DNA from: a virus
Lineage: Duplodnaviria > Caudoviricetes
Virus record (IMG/VR): IMGVR_UViG_3300043485_000026
Coordinates: 1 to 60,125 of that record
Length of the DNA: 60,125 nt
Strand: one strand, 5' to 3'
The position numbers and the translations under genes were made by a program. Positions 57,574-60,125 of this stretch are shown here, one piece after another. Below the pieces are notes generated by a model, which was not told where the DNA came from, searched no databases, and saw only the letters and a list, made by a program, of their open reading frames with translations. How positions within the stretch are numbered: the first letter of the stretch is position 1; every line of letters starts with the position of its first letter.

Positions 57574-58159
57574 ACCCAGCCCTCTCGTAGCCGATGTGTT
57601 CAACATCCACACTAGTGCCCCAGTACGCCGCCCTGTAGGCGGGATTCTCAGCGAACAAGTCGATGCCGAAGTTTCCTTCGCTCTCAGCTACCTGGGGCCA
57701 ACCACGCTCAATCACCCAGCGCGGCCACACAGGCACATTCGTTGTGACAAACCGTCGATGCTCTCGCCACCGGTAGTCCCGCCAGCCGACCGTCTCGTAG
57801 CTCTCCGGGTACTGTTCGATGATTCCGCCCGCTTCACGCTCAGCTTCGTTCACGGGGCCGCGCAACAACGCCATCTGCACCAAGTACGGACGGGCATCAA
57901 GAACCGAGACTATCCCGGCTAGGTCAACGGGCCGAAGGTAGATCAGGTCCAGCTCGCAATGCAATACGTGCGTAGCGTCCGTTAGGAGGGCCTGTCGCCA
58001 ACCCTCGCGAATCGCGCCACCAAACCCCAGCTTGTGGTCTCGGTCATCCACCACGATCGTGTGGTCGGTCTCAGGGATCATCTCTCGCAGCGATGCCCAT
58101 GAACGATCGTGGTACTCGTCGCGACCATCCCCAATGGCCACCAGGGCAACGCTAGGCAC
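57563..58159 (-). CDS. Glycosyltransferase-like protein (GT-A fold)
   Basis: GR..Y, VVDD..H.LGFGGA, H.E.D, Q.AL.R, TTN, SEG.F, V.HIG..R.G.GY. Confidence 0.7.
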   Translation of the reverse strand: MPSVALVAIGDGRDEYHDRSWASLREMIPETDHTIVVDDRDHKLGFGGAIREGWRQALLTDATHVLHCELDLIYLRPVDLAGIVSVLDARPYLVQMALLRGPVNEAEREAGGIIEQYPESYETVGWRDYRWREHRRFVTTNVPVWPRWVIERGWPQVAESEGNFGIDLFAENPAYRAAYWGTSVDVEHIGYERAGYGY

Positions 58160-58331
58160 GACTGGCGTCCCTCGTGAGAAGTAGCTGGTACACATCGCCG
58201 TCGATTTCGAGATCAGCGACGTTGACCCAAGCCACGACACGCGGATGATTCGGGTTGTACGTCATTCCCGGCGCCCGAGACCCATCCGGGTACTCCCACA
58301 GCGGACAGGTGCTGATAGCGAGCATCCTCAT
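58152..58331 (-). CDS. 59-aa hypothetical protein within the GT cluster
   Basis: MRMLAISTCPLWEY...; fills the gap and overlaps both neighbours. Confidence 0.5.
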   Translation of the reverse strand: MRMLAISTCPLWEYPDGSRAPGMTYNPNHPRVVAWVNVADLEIDGDVYQLLLTRDASRA

Positions 58332-58945
58332 GCGATCAGTTCGCCTAGGTTTGCGCGCACGATCGCATGATGCGTGGCGTTCTTGTCGGTCATCGCTGGG
58401 TTACGGTTCCTACTGTCCCGTCGCACATAGGCGATGTAGACAGCTTCCGGGATGACTTCAACGCTTGCACCCAGCGCTAGGACACGCATCCAAAGACAGA
58501 AATCCTCGTATACAGGCCAATCGAGCCAGCCGCCGGCCTTCCGCACAAGCTCAGTTCGGACCATTGCGCCAACAATAATCCAGTTCCCAGCGCCACTCGT
58601 GATGCAAGCCGCCTCGCACTCATGGGTGTGGCTGGCGACCCTTGGCACGTACGGAGCGCGACCGCGGCCACTAGGCGTCACGTACTGCACGCTCGGCACT
58701 CGAAGATCAGCCGTGCCAGCACTCAAAGTCTCACAGTATCCGGCTTGCAACTGGTCGTCAGCATCTAGGAACACTACGGCTGAGGTTTCGACTTGCGCCA
58801 AGCCGGCATTCCTCGCCCCGTGCAATGACTGTCCATGCACGTAGATGACCGGGACATCCTGAGCGAACGCGGATGCCGCGGCGCGCTGCCCAAGCTCAAG
58901 CCAATGTCGTTCTCCAAAGGAAGCAATGACGACGGTCACGTCCAT
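58328..58945 (-). CDS. Glycosyltransferase family 2
   Basis: VTVVIA, ARNAGL..V.T..V.FLDADD, GG....ED..LW.R. Confidence 0.9.
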   Translation of the reverse strand: MDVTVVIASFGERHWLELGQRAAASAFAQDVPVIYVHGQSLHGARNAGLAQVETSAVVFLDADDQLQAGYCETLSAGTADLRVPSVQYVTPSGRGRAPYVPRVASHTHECEAACITSGAGNWIIVGAMVRTELVRKAGGWLDWPVYEDFCLWMRVLALGASVEVIPEAVYIAYVRRDSRNRNPAMTDKNATHHAIVRANLGELIA

Positions 58946-59568
58946 AGGTGCTCCCTCCGTCGAAAGACCTTCCCATCCCACCGGGCGTTCGCCCTGCCCT
59001 TACGATACGTGTCATCATCCTGCCCGCCCTGCATTGGGTGCCCGACATGCTCCACGACCGCGGCGGGCGCGTAGGCATAGCAGCCTCGCTTCTTAGCAGT
59101 AGCGATCAGTTCGTCGTCAACTCGCCAGTGCGAATAGCCTCCAAACAACGGGCCGGGATGTCCGTCGATGCAAGGTAGTTCAGCGTACGCGCGAGTCATC
59201 AGGAAGTGTGTTGCGTGTTCGGGTCGCTGTGGTCGTGGAATGCCGTCGTTCACGCCTACAACTTGGGCGGCCGGCATCAGACGAATCGCCTCCTCAAGCC
59301 ACCCGGCCTGAAAGCGAATATCGTCAGCGGCCAGAAACAGCAAGGATTCCGTGGTGGCTTCAACTCCCGCCCGGATCTTCGCGGCGTACGAGCCACTAGG
59401 CGAAATCATCTGCCCGCCCTCGCGAGCAATAGCGTCCTGCTCAGCGATATCACCCGGATCGCAAATCCATAGGACCCGCACCGGAGCGGGAGTGTTCGCA
59501 TGAATCGACTCAAGCAACGGCAACACGTTCTGCGGCCGATCCAACACCGGGACAAGAATCGCCAGCAC
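58936..59568 (-). CDS. Glycosyltransferase family 2-like
   Basis: AILVP...RP, LFLAADD..F..GW, H...DDE, V.H..HP. Confidence 0.82.
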   Translation of the reverse strand: MLAILVPVLDRPQNVLPLLESIHANTPAPVRVLWICDPGDIAEQDAIAREGGQMISPSGSYAAKIRAGVEATTESLLFLAADDIRFQAGWLEEAIRLMPAAQVVGVNDGIPRPQRPEHATHFLMTRAYAELPCIDGHPGPLFGGYSHWRVDDELIATAKKRGCYAYAPAAVVEHVGHPMQGGQDDDTYRKGRANARWDGKVFRRREHLWT

Positions 59569-60078
59569 CTAATCCGTCCAGTCATACACGGGCGGATCAT
59601 TGGGACCAGCCTCAATCAAACCCTGCACCGGGTTGTTCACAGCAAGCGTGTCCGCGATTGACTCAAGGCACGCCGAACCGCTCGTCATGCCAACCAACTG
59701 TCGGCGACACAAACGAATCTCAGCATCCGTCAACACCAGGCCATGCGCACCATCCGTGTAGCTGACGGAATGCTGATACTGCCCCAACTGCTCACTCTCA
59801 GACCGCGAACCAGTCGGGTTGTTCATCACGCGAATGACCGCGCTCAACGTCACAGCCCGCAACACAGCAGGCACCGGATCAAGTGACAGCGCCCATGCTG
59901 CATCGCGACCCATTGCCTCAATGATCAGACCCGACGCCAATGTCAGCAACAACGTTGCTTGCGCGGACTGAATCGCTGTGAGGTCATCGGCGCTTTCAAG
60001 GCCCAGCAGGATCGCAACGTCGTTCAGGGACGCGAACTCGCCCGCGACCGGATCATCGGGGACAACGACTGGGCTCAT
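59569..60078 (-). CDS. Head-tail adaptor (connector) protein
   Basis: FA...DV..L, LL..AS..I, V.R...NP.G..SE..G.Y..SY, L.LT..E...; follows the capsid gene across the origin. Confidence 0.85.
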   Translation of the reverse strand: MSPVVVPDDPVAGEFASLNDVAILLGLESADDLTAIQSAQATLLLTLASGLIIEAMGRDAAWALSLDPVPAVLRAVTLSAVIRVMNNPTGSRSESEQLGQYQHSVSYTDGAHGLVLTDAEIRLCRRQLVGMTSGSACLESIADTLAVNNPVQGLIEAGPNDPPVYDWTD

Positions 60079-60104
60079 GTGACCTCCCTTCCATCACGGC
60101 GGGG
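59979..60104. repeat. Terminal direct repeat (copy 2)
   Basis: Identical to 1-126. Confidence 0.95.
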
Positions 60105-60125
60105 GCCCGCGTGTGGCGGGCCCCC

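Noticed and set aside
54955-59568. Host-derived capsule/LPS locus or DNA-glucosylation system
   Set aside because: No flippase, polymerase, sugar-synthesis or hydroxymethylase genes. The position in the virion operon and the GS-ended structural proteins favour virion modification, though this is not proven.

Overview
The window is an essentially complete, circularly permuted ~59,978-bp tailed-phage genome of siphovirus type. Bases 1-126 are identical to 59979-60104. It is GC-rich and nearly all real genes lie on the - strand. An actinobacterial host is inferred from the Rpf domain, a TraB-like FtsK, leaderless promoters and the actinophage-type terminase and tail genes. Read along the - strand from ~6.7 kb, the order is: terS, terL, portal, MuF-like head protein, scaffold, major capsid, (origin), head-tail adaptor, a 4.6-kb block of five glycosyltransferase-like and two methyltransferase genes, HNH, head-closure and tail genes, frameshifted chaperones, tape measure, beta-helix tail fibre, distal tail and hub proteins, two membrane/collagen-like modules, an RNA-structure-rich accessory island (34.4-37.3 kb), a split lysis cassette, and a long early region. 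The early region holds a Rad52/22 annealing protein, a PAPS-reductase-family protein, EndoVII, a RusA-like resolvase, Dam, FtsK, ASCH, Rpf, and many RHH and HNH genes. No integrase, polymerase, primase, helicase, tRNA or CRISPR array was recognised. The main leads are: (1) a putative virion glycosylation and glycan-methylation system whose likely substrates (capsid, tail tube, head-closure protein) all end in Gly-Ser; (2) a conserved, covarying two-hairpin element in front of three different HNH genes that folds best antisense to them; (3) two large structured + strand ncRNA candidates, one with a pseudoknot; (4) a stand-alone secreted Rpf. All calls come from reading motifs by eye; no database search was run.
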